A stretch of 64,000 nucleotides of DNA from Candidatus Kapaibacterium sp. (GTDB lineage Bacteria > Bacteroidota > Ignavibacteria > Kapaibacteriales > UBA2268): the NCBI GenBank assembly GCA_938031175.1, contig CALHGZ010000004.1, positions 1,527 through 65,526 of the forward strand, given 5' to 3'. Each line of letters opens with the position of its first letter. Positions within the stretch are counted from its first letter, which is position 1. The notes beneath the pieces are model-generated. The model made no database searches. It was not told the DNA's origin and saw nothing but the letters and a program-made list of their open reading frames with translations. The position numbers were made by a program, and so were the translations under genes. Positions 30,316 to 40,185 of the stretch are shown piece by piece.

Positions 30316-30972
30316 ATGGAAGAAAATTACATTAATGAATTTAATTTAGAGAACAAAACAAACGAATGGCTTAAGCAAGTAAGACAATTTAATATTCATA
30401 ATATGATTTTGAATAAGGATAAGTCAGCTTTACTTGTAATTGATATGCAGAAGTACTTTTTAAATCCTGCTTCAAGCGAATACACACCTGCAGGTTTAGT
30501 AATACTCAATAACATAAAAAGGCTCATAGATTTTTATCGTCGAGCTGAGCTACCAATAATATATACCCGTCACGCACATCATCACAATGGCACAGATGCT
30601 GGAATAATGAAGTGGTGGTGGCAGGGTATGTGCATAGAGGGAACGCCCGAATCCGAAGTTGCGGATGAAATTGCACCATTACCTACGGAAAGACAAATAA
30701 TTAAGCGGCGCTATTCTGCTTTTTATAATACAGATCTAGAGACAGTTCTAAGATGCCTCAAAGTTGAGGATTTAGTTATTTGTGGAATTATGACAAATAT
30801 GTGTTGCGAATCTACAGCAAGAGATGCTTACTTTAGGGATTTCAGAGTATTTTTTCTGGCTGATGCAACTGCAACTATTACTGAACAAATGCATATTGCA
30901 AGCCTTTTAAATCTTGCATTCGGATTTGCCTATGTAACGACGACAAATTCGCTCATTGAGTTGTTAAAATAA
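30316..30972 (+). CDS. Isochorismatase-family cysteine hydrolase (amidase/N-carbamoylase-like)
   Basis: Triad motifs VIDMQ, IKRRYSAF, TNMCCESTARDA. Confidence 0.92.
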   Translation: MEENYINEFNLENKTNEWLKQVRQFNIHNMILNKDKSALLVIDMQKYFLNPASSEYTPAGLVILNNIKRLIDFYRRAELPIIYTRHAHHHNGTDAGIMKWWWQGMCIEGTPESEVADEIAPLPTERQIIKRRYSAFYNTDLETVLRCLKVEDLVICGIMTNMCCESTARDAYFRDFRVFFLADATATITEQMHIASLLNLAFGFAYVTTTNSLIELLK

Positions 30973-30995
30973 TTTTGTTAATATTAGGAGGTAAA

Positions 30996-32318
30996 ATGTC
31001 AAACAAAAAGAAACGTGTAATAATATTAGGAGCAGCTGGTAGGGATTTTCATAATTTTAATATATACTATCGTGATTGCGAGACAACAGAAGTTGTTGCA
31101 TTTACTGCTGCCCAGATACCTGATATTGAAGGTAGATTATACCCACCGAATTTAGCAGGGAAAAACTATCCTAAAGGTATACCCATTTTTGCTGAGCAAG
31201 ATTTAGAGAAATTGATAAAAGAGTATGAAGTAGATGAGTGTGTACTTTCGTATAGCGATTTATCTTATGAGACAGTAATGCATTTAGGTTCAAGGGTATT
31301 AGCCTCAGGTGCAAAGTTTTCTATGTTGGGTTCTTATCAGACCATGTATGAATCCAGTAAACCGGTTATTTCGATAACAGCAGTTAGAACTGGATGTGGT
31401 AAAAGCCAGACAACAAGAGCGGTGGTCAAATTACTGAGGGATGCTGGTAAAAAAGTTGTTGCTGTACGTCATCCAATGCCATACGGGGACCTTGAATCGC
31501 AAAGGGTGCAAAGATTTGCTACAATTGAGGATTTGCATAAATTCAAGTGTACAATCGAAGAGATGGAAGAATATGAGCCTCATATAGCAATGGGCAGTAT
31601 AATTTATGCTGGGATTGATTATGAAGCTATATTGAAAGAAGCCGAAAAGGAAGCTGATGTCATCGTTTGGGATGGTGGAAATAATGATATGCCTTTTTAT
31701 AAGCCAGATTTATCAATTGTTGTTGTTGATCCCCTAAGACCAGGACACGAAATTAGCTATTACCCGGGGGAGGTAAATTTTAGAATGGCTGATATTATTG
31801 TAATTAACAAAATAGACTCTGCTTATCCAGAAGATATCGATTTTGTGCTTGAAAATATTCGCAATTATAATCCGAATGCTAATGTAATATTAGCAGCATC
31901 AGCTATTAAAGTGGATGATTCTGATTTGATTAAAAACAAGAGGGTTTTGGTTATCGAGGATGGTCCGACTCTTACACACGGCGAAATGGATATCGGTGCT
32001 GGAGTTGTCGCAGCTAAAAGATTCGGTGCAAAGGAAATCATTGACCCTAGACCATATATCGTCGGTACGATTAAACAAACCTTCCAAATATATCCTGATA
32101 TCGGAAATTTACTCCCTGCAATGGGTTATGGCGAACGTCAGATGAAGGATTTAGAAATTACAATAAATAATACTGATTGCGATACTGTAGTTATTGGAAC
32201 ACCAATTAATCTTGCTAGATTTATTAAAATCAATAAACCATATGTACGCGTATATTATGAGTTAGCTGAAATCGGGCATCCTAATCTTCAATCTTTAATT
32301 AAAGATTTTCTCAAATAA
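30996..32318 (+). CDS. Arginine synthetase (ArcE)-like protein; cyclic-2,3-diphosphoglycerate synthetase/COG2403 P-loop family
   Basis: GAAGRDFHNFN, AFTAAQIP, RTGCGKSQT, RHPMPYG, TIEEMEEYEPH, EDGPTLTHG, LPAMGY. SD GGAGG precedes ATG 30996. It shares an operon with OTCase and carbamate kinase. Confidence 0.8.
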   Translation: MSNKKKRVIILGAAGRDFHNFNIYYRDCETTEVVAFTAAQIPDIEGRLYPPNLAGKNYPKGIPIFAEQDLEKLIKEYEVDECVLSYSDLSYETVMHLGSRVLASGAKFSMLGSYQTMYESSKPVISITAVRTGCGKSQTTRAVVKLLRDAGKKVVAVRHPMPYGDLESQRVQRFATIEDLHKFKCTIEEMEEYEPHIAMGSIIYAGIDYEAILKEAEKEADVIVWDGGNNDMPFYKPDLSIVVVDPLRPGHEISYYPGEVNFRMADIIVINKIDSAYPEDIDFVLENIRNYNPNANVILAASAIKVDDSDLIKNKRVLVIEDGPTLTHGEMDIGAGVVAAKRFGAKEIIDPRPYIVGTIKQTFQIYPDIGNLLPAMGYGERQMKDLEITINNTDCDTVVIGTPINLARFIKINKPYVRVYYELAEIGHPNLQSLIKDFLK

Positions 32319-32339
32319 AGCAATAATAAAATTTGTAAG

Positions 32340-32372
32340 AAGCTGTCAGATGCTTATCTGACAGCTTTTTTT
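32340..32372 (+). terminator. Intrinsic terminator ending the arginine operon
   Basis: AAGCTGTCAGAT-GCTT-ATCTGACAGCTT followed by TTTTT. Confidence 0.9.
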
Positions 32373-32494
32373 ATTATACCTGCAATTATCATTTCTCATA
32401 AATTTCCAAGCAATTTATAATATATTTTCCGAAACATATACAATTTTTTTTCGTATTAATATTATAACAATTTTTTATTTAAGGAGGTTTAACT

Positions 32495-32836
32495 ATGACA
32501 AGAATTGTCAGGTATTTTATAATTGCAGTAATTGGATTTATTCTAGTTAATTCAAATTTATTTGCTGAAGAAAAGAACAATGAAGTTATTTTCAAAGCAA
32601 CAATTACTAATGCATCAGCCAAGGAAAAATTGGAAACTATCGTAACTATGCTGAAAGGCGTGAATGAAGCTGAAGTAAATTTAGAGAGAAAAGAGCTAAA
32701 GGTAGAGTATAACCCGAACCTGATTAACACAGATATGATTATCTATACTGTTAAATGTTTGGGGTTTGATCTTACTGTGATTGAAGATAAGGAAAAAAAA
32801 GATGAGGACAAAAAGTTATCTGATACCCAAAATTAA
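32495..32836 (+). CDS. Secreted HMA-fold protein lacking the CxxC motif
   Basis: Signal peptide and LKGVNEAEVNLE..LKVEYNP..LGF typical of HMA; TITNASA stands where MxCxxC is expected. Confidence 0.75.
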   Translation: MTRIVRYFIIAVIGFILVNSNLFAEEKNNEVIFKATITNASAKEKLETIVTMLKGVNEAEVNLERKELKVEYNPNLINTDMIIYTVKCLGFDLTVIEDKEKKDEDKKLSDTQN

Positions 32837-32859
32837 TTAAGCCAGAACTGCGATTAAGG

Positions 32860-32882
32860 GCGGCATTTTTGCCGCTTTTTTT
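32860..32882 (+). terminator. Intrinsic terminator
   Basis: GCGGCA-TTTT-TGCCGC followed by TTTTTTT. Confidence 0.8.
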
Positions 32883-32965
32883 ATTTTTGGATTATCTTTT
32901 TATTAAGTTGAAAATAATTGATAATTTCCGAATAAATTTTGTTAAAACAATGAAGAATAAATTTT

Positions 32966-34480
32966 ATGAGTAAAGTATATATAGTAGGTGCAGGTCCGGG
33001 AGATGAATCTTTAATAACAATTAAAGCAAGGGAATTATTATCCAAAGCTGACATTGTTTTGTATGATAATTTATTAAATCCAAGAATATTGAGCTATTGC
33101 AAAGATAATGCCGAGAAAATTTATGTAGGCAAAGTAGCAGGTAAACATACATTTCCCCAAGATGAAATAAACCAAATGCTTGTTAAATTTAGTAAGCAGG
33201 GAAAGGTTGTGATAAGGCTCAAAGGTGGTGATCCTTTAATTTTTGGACGAGGTTCGGAGGAAGCTTTATATTTGAAAGAGTCTGGTATTGATTTTGAAAT
33301 TGTACCTGGGATTACTTCTGCTTCCGGAGCTTCGGCTTACTCTGGTATACCATTGACTCATCGAAACTTAGTAACGCAAAGTATTTTTGTCACAGCCCAT
33401 GAGGCTCCTGAGAAAGATAATACCCAGGTACAGTGGGAGTTACTCGCAAAAATGAAAAATGCGACAATTGTAATTTATATGGGTGCCAAAATGTTAAAAA
33501 AAATAGCAGAAAATTTAATCAAAAATGGAATGGATGAAAATACACCGATTGCTATTATCCAAAATGCTACTTTGCCTCAGCAAAAAACAATTGCAAGTAA
33601 TTTAAAAAGTGTACTTTTATTTTCGGATGATTATGTAGAACCGCCAGTTATTAGTATAATAGGTGATACTGCTAAGTTGCACAATGATTTATCATGGTTT
33701 GAAAAGAAGATTTTGTTTGGTAAGCGAATTGTTATAACTCGAGCGCAAGATCAATCCAATAAGCTTTATAATTTACTTGCAAATGAAGGAGCCTGGGTTT
33801 TGCTCTTATCCTCGATAAAAACTGAATTTTCCGCACCAAGTGCCTTACTTGCCGATTTGCTTAAGAATAGATATGATTGGATCATTTTTTCAAGTGCAAA
33901 TGGAGTGAGGTATTTTTTCAAAGAGCTTTTTGCTGAAGGATTGGATTCACGCTCTTTATACGGGAAAAAAATTGCTGTTATAGGATCTGCAACTGCAGAA
34001 ACATTATGGCAATATGGTATAACTGCTGATTTAATACCATCACAGTATATTGGTAAATCCTTAATCGAAGAGCTTTCAAATCAAATTTTACTATCAAATT
34101 CCAAAATTTTAAGGGTAAAAGGTGATTTTGAGAATGATTATATTGCTGATTCGCTTATTCAATTTGGAGCGGATGTTGATTTATATGAAGTATATAAAAT
34201 AAAACAAGGCAAACCTGATAAAGAAGTAATAAATGATATAATTGAAAATGGTGCTAATGCAGTTGTTTTTACAAGTTCATCTACAGTAGTAAATTTTTTT
34301 AAAATAATCGGTTCAAACGCTCTATCGGTATTGAAGGAAGCAAACGTTATATCAATCGGTCCAATGACCACCAATAAATTAATTGAATATGGAATTACTC
34401 ACACATACACAGCCAAAGAGCAAACAGTCAAAGGGATTTTCGAAAAAATAATGGAAATTTATAGTAAAAGTGCAATCTAA
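32966..34480 (+). CDS. cobA: Uroporphyrinogen-III C-methyltransferase / uroporphyrinogen-III synthase fusion (CobA-HemD)
   Basis: VGAGPGD, RLKGGDP, VPGITS, GIPLTHR; C-terminal ITRA..FSSANGV..FTSSSTV..IGPMT. Confidence 0.95.
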   Translation: MSKVYIVGAGPGDESLITIKARELLSKADIVLYDNLLNPRILSYCKDNAEKIYVGKVAGKHTFPQDEINQMLVKFSKQGKVVIRLKGGDPLIFGRGSEEALYLKESGIDFEIVPGITSASGASAYSGIPLTHRNLVTQSIFVTAHEAPEKDNTQVQWELLAKMKNATIVIYMGAKMLKKIAENLIKNGMDENTPIAIIQNATLPQQKTIASNLKSVLLFSDDYVEPPVISIIGDTAKLHNDLSWFEKKILFGKRIVITRAQDQSNKLYNLLANEGAWVLLLSSIKTEFSAPSALLADLLKNRYDWIIFSSANGVRYFFKELFAEGLDSRSLYGKKIAVIGSATAETLWQYGITADLIPSQYIGKSLIEELSNQILLSNSKILRVKGDFENDYIADSLIQFGADVDLYEVYKIKQGKPDKEVINDIIENGANAVVFTSSSTVVNFFKIIGSNALSVLKEANVISIGPMTTNKLIEYGITHTYTAKEQTVKGIFEKIMEIYSKSAI

Positions 34481-34501
34481 AGAGGTATTAGATTGCACTT
34501 T
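34467..34501. terminator. 14-bp hairpin between convergent cobA-hemD and EF-G2 genes
   Basis: AAAGTGCAATCTAA-AGAGGTA-TTAGATTGCACTTT, overlapping the cobA stop. Confidence 0.7.
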
Positions 34502-34511
34502 ACTGAGTTTA

Positions 34512-36647
34512 TTATTCTTCTTCCTCGAGTTGCTGTTGCTTATAAGCTTCGATAAGTTCTTGCTGAATATTAGGGGGTACTGTTTGATATTCTAAAAACT
34601 CAGCATTATAAGTAGCTTTAGCTTGAGTCATGGAACGCAATCCAGTAGCATATTTATCGAGTTCAGCTAAAGGCATTCTGGCTTTGATAATTTGATATCT
34701 ACCTTCAGATTCGATACCTAATATTACACCACGTCGAGAGGGTAAATCGCTCATAACATCGCCAACAAATTCCTCAGGGACTTTTATTTCTACGGTATAG
34801 ATAGGTTCTAAAATTTTTGGTGCTGCTTGAGTAAAGCATTCTTTAAAAACCATCATCCCAGCTGTTTTAAATGCTGCTTCATTAGAGTCAACTGGGTGCA
34901 TTTTACCATCGAAAACAACGACCCTAATATCTCGAACATAGGAGCCAGTAAGCGGTCCTATAGTCATTTTTTCCATAACCCCTTTTAAAATAGCAGGCAT
35001 AAATCTTTGATCAATAACCCCGCCGACAATACAATTGACGTATTCGAGTTTACCGCCCCACTCTAAGTCAATAAGCTCTTTACCTCTAACAGTTAATCCG
35101 GATGGATCAGGAATGCCTTCATACCAGGGTTCAATCATCATATGAACTTCAGCAAATTGTCCTGCGCCACCAGATTGCTTTTTATGGCGGTAACTTCCTT
35201 TAACTTGTTTTTGTATAGTTTCGCGATAAGGTACTCTTGGAGTAACGAATTCGGCTTCGACTTTGTAACGGTGCTCAAGTCTCCATTTTGCAGATGCTAA
35301 GTGTAATTCACCCTGTGCATATAATATGATCTGGCGTAATTCCTGTGAATGTTCGACCTTAAATGATGGATCTTCTAAGTTTAAGCTATGTAAACCTGTT
35401 CCAACTTTTTCTTCTTCTCCTTTGTTTTTTGGAACAACAGCGGTTCTAATTTTTGGTTTGGGATATTCAATTTGGCGTAGGGTAACATTGAAGCCTTTTT
35501 CGTGAAGTGTATTGTTAATATTAGTATTCTTTAATTTTACTGTGGCACCTAAATCTCCAGCGTTTATTTGGGAGATATCCTCACGCTTTTTGCCTGTAAT
35601 AATAAATAATTGGCCAATTCTCTCAGAGGAAGATTTATTTTCATTTATTAAATCCATTGAAGGAGTTAATTTTCCTGAATAAACCCTGAAATAGGTCATA
35701 TCGCCAAGGTGTGCTTCAGATACCATTTTATAGACAAATAAGCAAACTTTACCATTCACATCACAGGGAATTTCAGTGCCTTCGATTGATACTTCTGGAG
35801 GCATATCCAATGGTGAAGGGAATAGATTAGTGATACAATCTAAAAGTGATGTAATTCCTACATTTAGTTTTGCAGATGTACAAATTACAGGGAAGATTTG
35901 CCTATTAATCAAAGCTTTTTTAAAACCCCGGTTTATTTCTTCGTCGCTCAAAGAGCCAGCTTCGAAATATTTGTTCATTAAATCATCGTCGCTTTCGGCA
36001 ATTATCTCAATAAGTGAGTTCCTTAATTCTTCAATTTTGTTTTTTTCATTATCAGGCACCGGAAGTTTTTCAAATTTAGTTGAATCAGATTGGAATTTAT
36101 ATAGCGACATAGACATTAAATCAATGATAGAATCGCATCCAGATCCGGTTTTAACAGGGAATTGTATTGGAGTTACCGTATGTCCAAATCTATCTTTTAA
36201 TTCTTCGACAACTTTATCATATTCAATTTTATCCAAATCAATTTTATTGATATTAAATACGACAGGTTTTTTTTCTTTTTCGGAATAATGGAAGGCATTT
36301 TCGGAACCAACTTCAATACCATTTGATGCACTAATGTTAATAATTGCTGTATCAATTACTCGCATGGTAGCGACAACTTCCCCAATGTAGTCATCATAAC
36401 CAGGTGTATCAATTAAATTGATTTTAGTATCATTAAATTCAAAAGTAAGAGGTGTACTGAATACTGAACAACCACGTTCGTGTTCGAATTCATTGTAATC
36501 AGATACTGTATTTCTATCTTCGACAGCTCCACGGCGGTTTATAAATCCAATTTGATATAGAATTGATTCGCACAAGGTAGTTTTGCCGGAACCTGCATGG
36601 CCAAATAATCCAATATTTCGGATGTTTTGAGGGTCATAAACTTTCAT
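34512..36647 (-). CDS. Elongation factor G-like protein (EF-G2)
   Basis: GHAGSGKTT, DTPGYDD (canonical DTPGH), NKID, GELHL, KKQSGGAGQF, HPVDS. It is a stand-alone gene outside the str operon. Start is ATG 36647 with SD GGAG. Confidence 0.93.
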   Translation of the reverse strand: MKVYDPQNIRNIGLFGHAGSGKTTLCESILYQIGFINRRGAVEDRNTVSDYNEFEHERGCSVFSTPLTFEFNDTKINLIDTPGYDDYIGEVVATMRVIDTAIINISASNGIEVGSENAFHYSEKEKKPVVFNINKIDLDKIEYDKVVEELKDRFGHTVTPIQFPVKTGSGCDSIIDLMSMSLYKFQSDSTKFEKLPVPDNEKNKIEELRNSLIEIIAESDDDLMNKYFEAGSLSDEEINRGFKKALINRQIFPVICTSAKLNVGITSLLDCITNLFPSPLDMPPEVSIEGTEIPCDVNGKVCLFVYKMVSEAHLGDMTYFRVYSGKLTPSMDLINENKSSSERIGQLFIITGKKREDISQINAGDLGATVKLKNTNINNTLHEKGFNVTLRQIEYPKPKIRTAVVPKNKGEEEKVGTGLHSLNLEDPSFKVEHSQELRQIILYAQGELHLASAKWRLEHRYKVEAEFVTPRVPYRETIQKQVKGSYRHKKQSGGAGQFAEVHMMIEPWYEGIPDPSGLTVRGKELIDLEWGGKLEYVNCIVGGVIDQRFMPAILKGVMEKMTIGPLTGSYVRDIRVVVFDGKMHPVDSNEAAFKTAGMMVFKECFTQAAPKILEPIYTVEIKVPEEFVGDVMSDLPSRRGVILGIESEGRYQIIKARMPLAELDKYATGLRSMTQAKATYNAEFLEYQTVPPNIQQELIEAYKQQQLEEEE

Positions 36648-36950
36648 CTTTGCTCCAACGTTAATATTTTCCAATAATCGAAATTTAAAGAACTTACAAT
36701 TTATTTAATTTTCTTCAAATATTAAAAATGATTTTAAAAGCTTTTTGAATTTTATGCAATACTGTGTAGTTATAAAATTTATAATTGTCGATTGCAAAAT
36801 ATTTGATTGATAATTATTGTTTTCTTCAAGCAATTTGAAAAATAACCGATATGAAACATAGTTACTGTAATATAAAAAATGTTTTTTAAAATAATTTGTT
36901 TTATAAGATGTGATTTATTAATTTAAATTGAACTTAGAAGAGGAGCTAAA

Positions 36951-37235
36951 ATGAAAAATAAGGATAAAAAAAATAGACCTATCTTTTCAATAACAGTAAA
37001 TGATGTCAATAGTATCGCCCGCCAAATGATAGGTAGAAATTTAACTAACGAGGAATTATCTGCCTTTGAAAAGGGTTTTAAAATAACTGATTATTTAGAC
37101 TGGCAAGGTGCGATTGAAACCATAATTTCAGAAGTAATTAGTGATGCTATTATTGAGGATACATCTAAGTTGAATTTATATGATAGATTGGATGAAGAGG
37201 ATGATGATTATGAAGAAATTATAATTTATCGGTAA
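36951..37235 (+). CDS. Small hypothetical protein with an acidic C-terminus
   Basis: SD GAGGAG, 94-aa ORF, 15 nt before the next gene. Confidence 0.7.
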   Translation: MKNKDKKNRPIFSITVNDVNSIARQMIGRNLTNEELSAFEKGFKITDYLDWQGAIETIISEVISDAIIEDTSKLNLYDRLDEEDDDYEEIIIYR

Positions 37236-37250
37236 CATTACCTTCCTCAG

Positions 37251-38528
37251 ATGGCAAAAGAAAATATATTTGATTTTATAAAATTTAAATTTTATACTCT
37301 ATCCAATGGTTTACGGGTAATAATTGTACCTTTAGTCAAAATTCCACTTGTATGCATTAATTTGTTTTACAAAGTGGGTTCCAAGGATGAACAAATTGGT
37401 AAGTCTGGTTTTGCTCACTTATTTGAACATTTAATGTTTCAAGGTACAGGGAATGTTCCAAATGGTGAATTTGATAGACTTTGCTCATTAGCTGGGGGTG
37501 TAAATAATGCAATGACCAGCTATGACTATACTGCATACGAAATGATATTGCCTTCTAATCAACTTGAATTGGGTCTATGGCTCGAATCCGATAGAATGTT
37601 TAATCTACTTGTAGATGAAGATAAATTTGAAGTCCAACGTAAAGTTGTGATCGAAGAAATAAAGGAAACTATTTATAATCAGCCTTATGGTAAATGGAGG
37701 GAATTTTTAGCTGAAAATGCATTTGTACCTGAATCTGGATATGCTTGGGAGGTCCACGGTAAAATCCAGGATTTAAAAACTGCTAAATTAAATGATGCTA
37801 TAGATTTTTACGAGCGATTTTATCGTCCAGATAATTGTTGTTTAGTGATTGCCGGTGATGTGGATATCAGAATAACAAAAAATTTAATAAGAAAATATTT
37901 TGATCATGAAAGAAATATTAAAACACCAATGCCCCAAAAGAAGCAATTCAAAGATAATTATAAAAAAAGCCCTTTGAGGTATAATTATAAAGATAATGTA
38001 CCACATTCGGGAGTTTTTAAATCATATCATATTCCCGGTTTAGTGTCAGAAGATATTTATTGTGCTGAGCTTGTATCAAGTATCATTGGTTGGGGAGCAA
38101 GTTCACGTATCCAAGAAGAGTTAGTTCATAATAAGGGAATTGCATCCCATGCTGGTTCTTTTATAGATAAGCGAGAAAATAGCTCTTTGCTCACTATTTA
38201 TGCTATTGCCAATAATCAGAAAATAAGCACTGAATACTTGTTTGACGAAATTAGTGATTTAACACAGAGATTTAAAAAAAATCCTGTGATGTTATATGAA
38301 CTAATTAAAGCTCAAAATCAAGTTAAAACACAATTAGCCTTTGCTTTACAATATATCTCCGGAATTGCTGGGATAATAGGTTTGAATACGATATTTTATA
38401 ATGATCCAAATAGAATTTATGAAACTATGAAAAATTACACACGAATAGGATTAAACGAAGTAAATGAATTTATCCTAAATTTCTTGCAAAAAGACAATTA
38501 TGTAAGCATCGAAATAGTTCCTGGATAA
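37251..38528 (+). CDS. M16 family zinc peptidase
   Basis: Inverted zincin motif HLFEH (GFAHLFEHLMF), NAMTSYDYT, WLESDRM. Confidence 0.93.
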   Translation: MAKENIFDFIKFKFYTLSNGLRVIIVPLVKIPLVCINLFYKVGSKDEQIGKSGFAHLFEHLMFQGTGNVPNGEFDRLCSLAGGVNNAMTSYDYTAYEMILPSNQLELGLWLESDRMFNLLVDEDKFEVQRKVVIEEIKETIYNQPYGKWREFLAENAFVPESGYAWEVHGKIQDLKTAKLNDAIDFYERFYRPDNCCLVIAGDVDIRITKNLIRKYFDHERNIKTPMPQKKQFKDNYKKSPLRYNYKDNVPHSGVFKSYHIPGLVSEDIYCAELVSSIIGWGASSRIQEELVHNKGIASHAGSFIDKRENSSLLTIYAIANNQKISTEYLFDEISDLTQRFKKNPVMLYELIKAQNQVKTQLAFALQYISGIAGIIGLNTIFYNDPNRIYETMKNYTRIGLNEVNEFILNFLQKDNYVSIEIVPG

Positions 38529-39755
38529 TTATTTATATAGGAATGAAGAATCACCATAACTTAAAAAACGATAATCATTATTTAAAGCTTCATCATAAAT
38601 TTTCCTCCACAAATTCTTACCAGTAAAAGCAGCAACAAGCAATATTAAAGTGCTTTTTGGCAAATGGAAATTTGTTATCATAGCATCAATTACTTTAAAA
38701 TCATAACCTGGTATAATATAGAGAGCAGTTTTGCCGGCTATAGAGTTGTAATTCTGTTTTATAGTCCAATCATAAACAGCTTGAAAAGCCTCAAATACAG
38801 GAATTTCTGTATTTGTTAATTTATTCCAGCACCATTGTTCAATTTCAATTTTTTGGGGATTAGTTTTTGAAATAAGTAATTCAGTGCCCAACCAGTAAAG
38901 AGATTCGAGCGTTCTTACAGCAGTTGTACCGACGGCAATTACTCTTCCAATTTTATTTTTTAAGTGATTTAAAATTTTTTCTATAGTTTTAAGTGAGACA
39001 GAAAAAGTTTCATTATGCATATTATGTTTGATTGGGTCATCGTTTTTAATTGGTATGAAAGTTCCAGCGCCTACGTGCAAAGTAAGTTCGAGAATATTTA
39101 TTCCATTTTCTTTTAATTTATTGAGGATTTTTTTAGTAAAATGAAGTCCCGCAGTTGGAGCTGCAACCGAGCCAGCTAATTTAGCGTAAACTGTTTGATA
39201 GTTGTACTTGTCAATTTCTTCAGCTTCTCTTTTTATATAAGGTGGTAAAGGAGTTATGCCGAATAAATCCAGTACTTTAATAAAAGGTATATTTTCAGGT
39301 TGATATTCGAATTCTACAATAGCTTCATTAGCATTTTTAGCCAGTATTCTTGCCTCGAGATGCAAATTGGCATGATTTTCAAGAGGTGATAACTTATCCC
39401 CTTTTTTTATATTTTTCCCACCAATTAAGCAATTCCATACTTTTGTGTTTTCAATTTCATTTTCGCAGTTTAGAATTTTATTTGAGTATGGTTCAAGAAG
39501 TAAGATTTCGCATTTACCACCGGTTCTTTTTTGCATAAATAAACGGGCGGGAATAACTTTGCTATTGTTAACAACAATTAAATCATCTTTTTTAAGATAA
39601 TGAATAATGTCTTTAAATTTTTTATGTTCAATATTACTACTAATGACATTGCAAATAAGTAATTTGCTTTGGTCTCGGCTTGGTAATTGCCTGAGGGCTA
39701 TTTTTTCTTCCGGAAGCTTATAGTCATATTCAGAAAGTGTTAAATTAAAGTCCAT
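38529..39755 (-). CDS. queA: S-adenosylmethionine:tRNA ribosyltransferase-isomerase
   Basis: PLPPYIKR, YQTVYA, GSVAAPTAGLHF, LHVGAGTF, TNFHLPKSTL, YRFLSYGD. Confidence 0.97.
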   Translation of the reverse strand: MDFNLTLSEYDYKLPEEKIALRQLPSRDQSKLLICNVISSNIEHKKFKDIIHYLKKDDLIVVNNSKVIPARLFMQKRTGGKCEILLLEPYSNKILNCENEIENTKVWNCLIGGKNIKKGDKLSPLENHANLHLEARILAKNANEAIVEFEYQPENIPFIKVLDLFGITPLPPYIKREAEEIDKYNYQTVYAKLAGSVAAPTAGLHFTKKILNKLKENGINILELTLHVGAGTFIPIKNDDPIKHNMHNETFSVSLKTIEKILNHLKNKIGRVIAVGTTAVRTLESLYWLGTELLISKTNPQKIEIEQWCWNKLTNTEIPVFEAFQAVYDWTIKQNYNSIAGKTALYIIPGYDFKVIDAMITNFHLPKSTLILLVAAFTGKNLWRKIYDEALNNDYRFLSYGDSSFLYK

Positions 39756-39833
39756 TATGTGATTATTTGAAATTATTTAATATGTTTGTTTATATTTGTG
39801 TAATGTTTAAATAATAATCATTGGTTATAAACG

Positions 39834-40160
39834 ATGGAAAATATCAATAATTATTCAATTATATTTGTTACTACCGATACTTTCGATATTGCCCGAAACA
39901 TAGCAAGGATTTTAGTTTCAGAAAAGATAGTCGCTTGCTGTTCTATTGTACATAATGTTCTTTCGGTTTATGAATGGGAAGGTAATTTAAAGGAAAATAT
40001 GGAATATTTGCTAATCATTAAAACAAAAAAAACAAATTTGAATATTGTAGAGAATAGAATTATTGAACTTCATAATTACGAAATTCCTGAAATTATTGCT
40101 GTTTCTCTCGATGCTGTCTCAGTTCCATACTTAAAATGGATGGAGCAGGTTTTAACATAA
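39834..40160 (+). CDS. cutA: Divalent-cation tolerance protein CutA
   Basis: ACC, SVYEWEG, IIKT, LHNYEIPEII, YLKW. Confidence 0.95.
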   Translation: MENINNYSIIFVTTDTFDIARNIARILVSEKIVACCSIVHNVLSVYEWEGNLKENMEYLLIIKTKKTNLNIVENRIIELHNYEIPEIIAVSLDAVSVPYLKWMEQVLT

Positions 40161-40185
40161 TTTTTAAATTACAAGTTAAGAAAAA

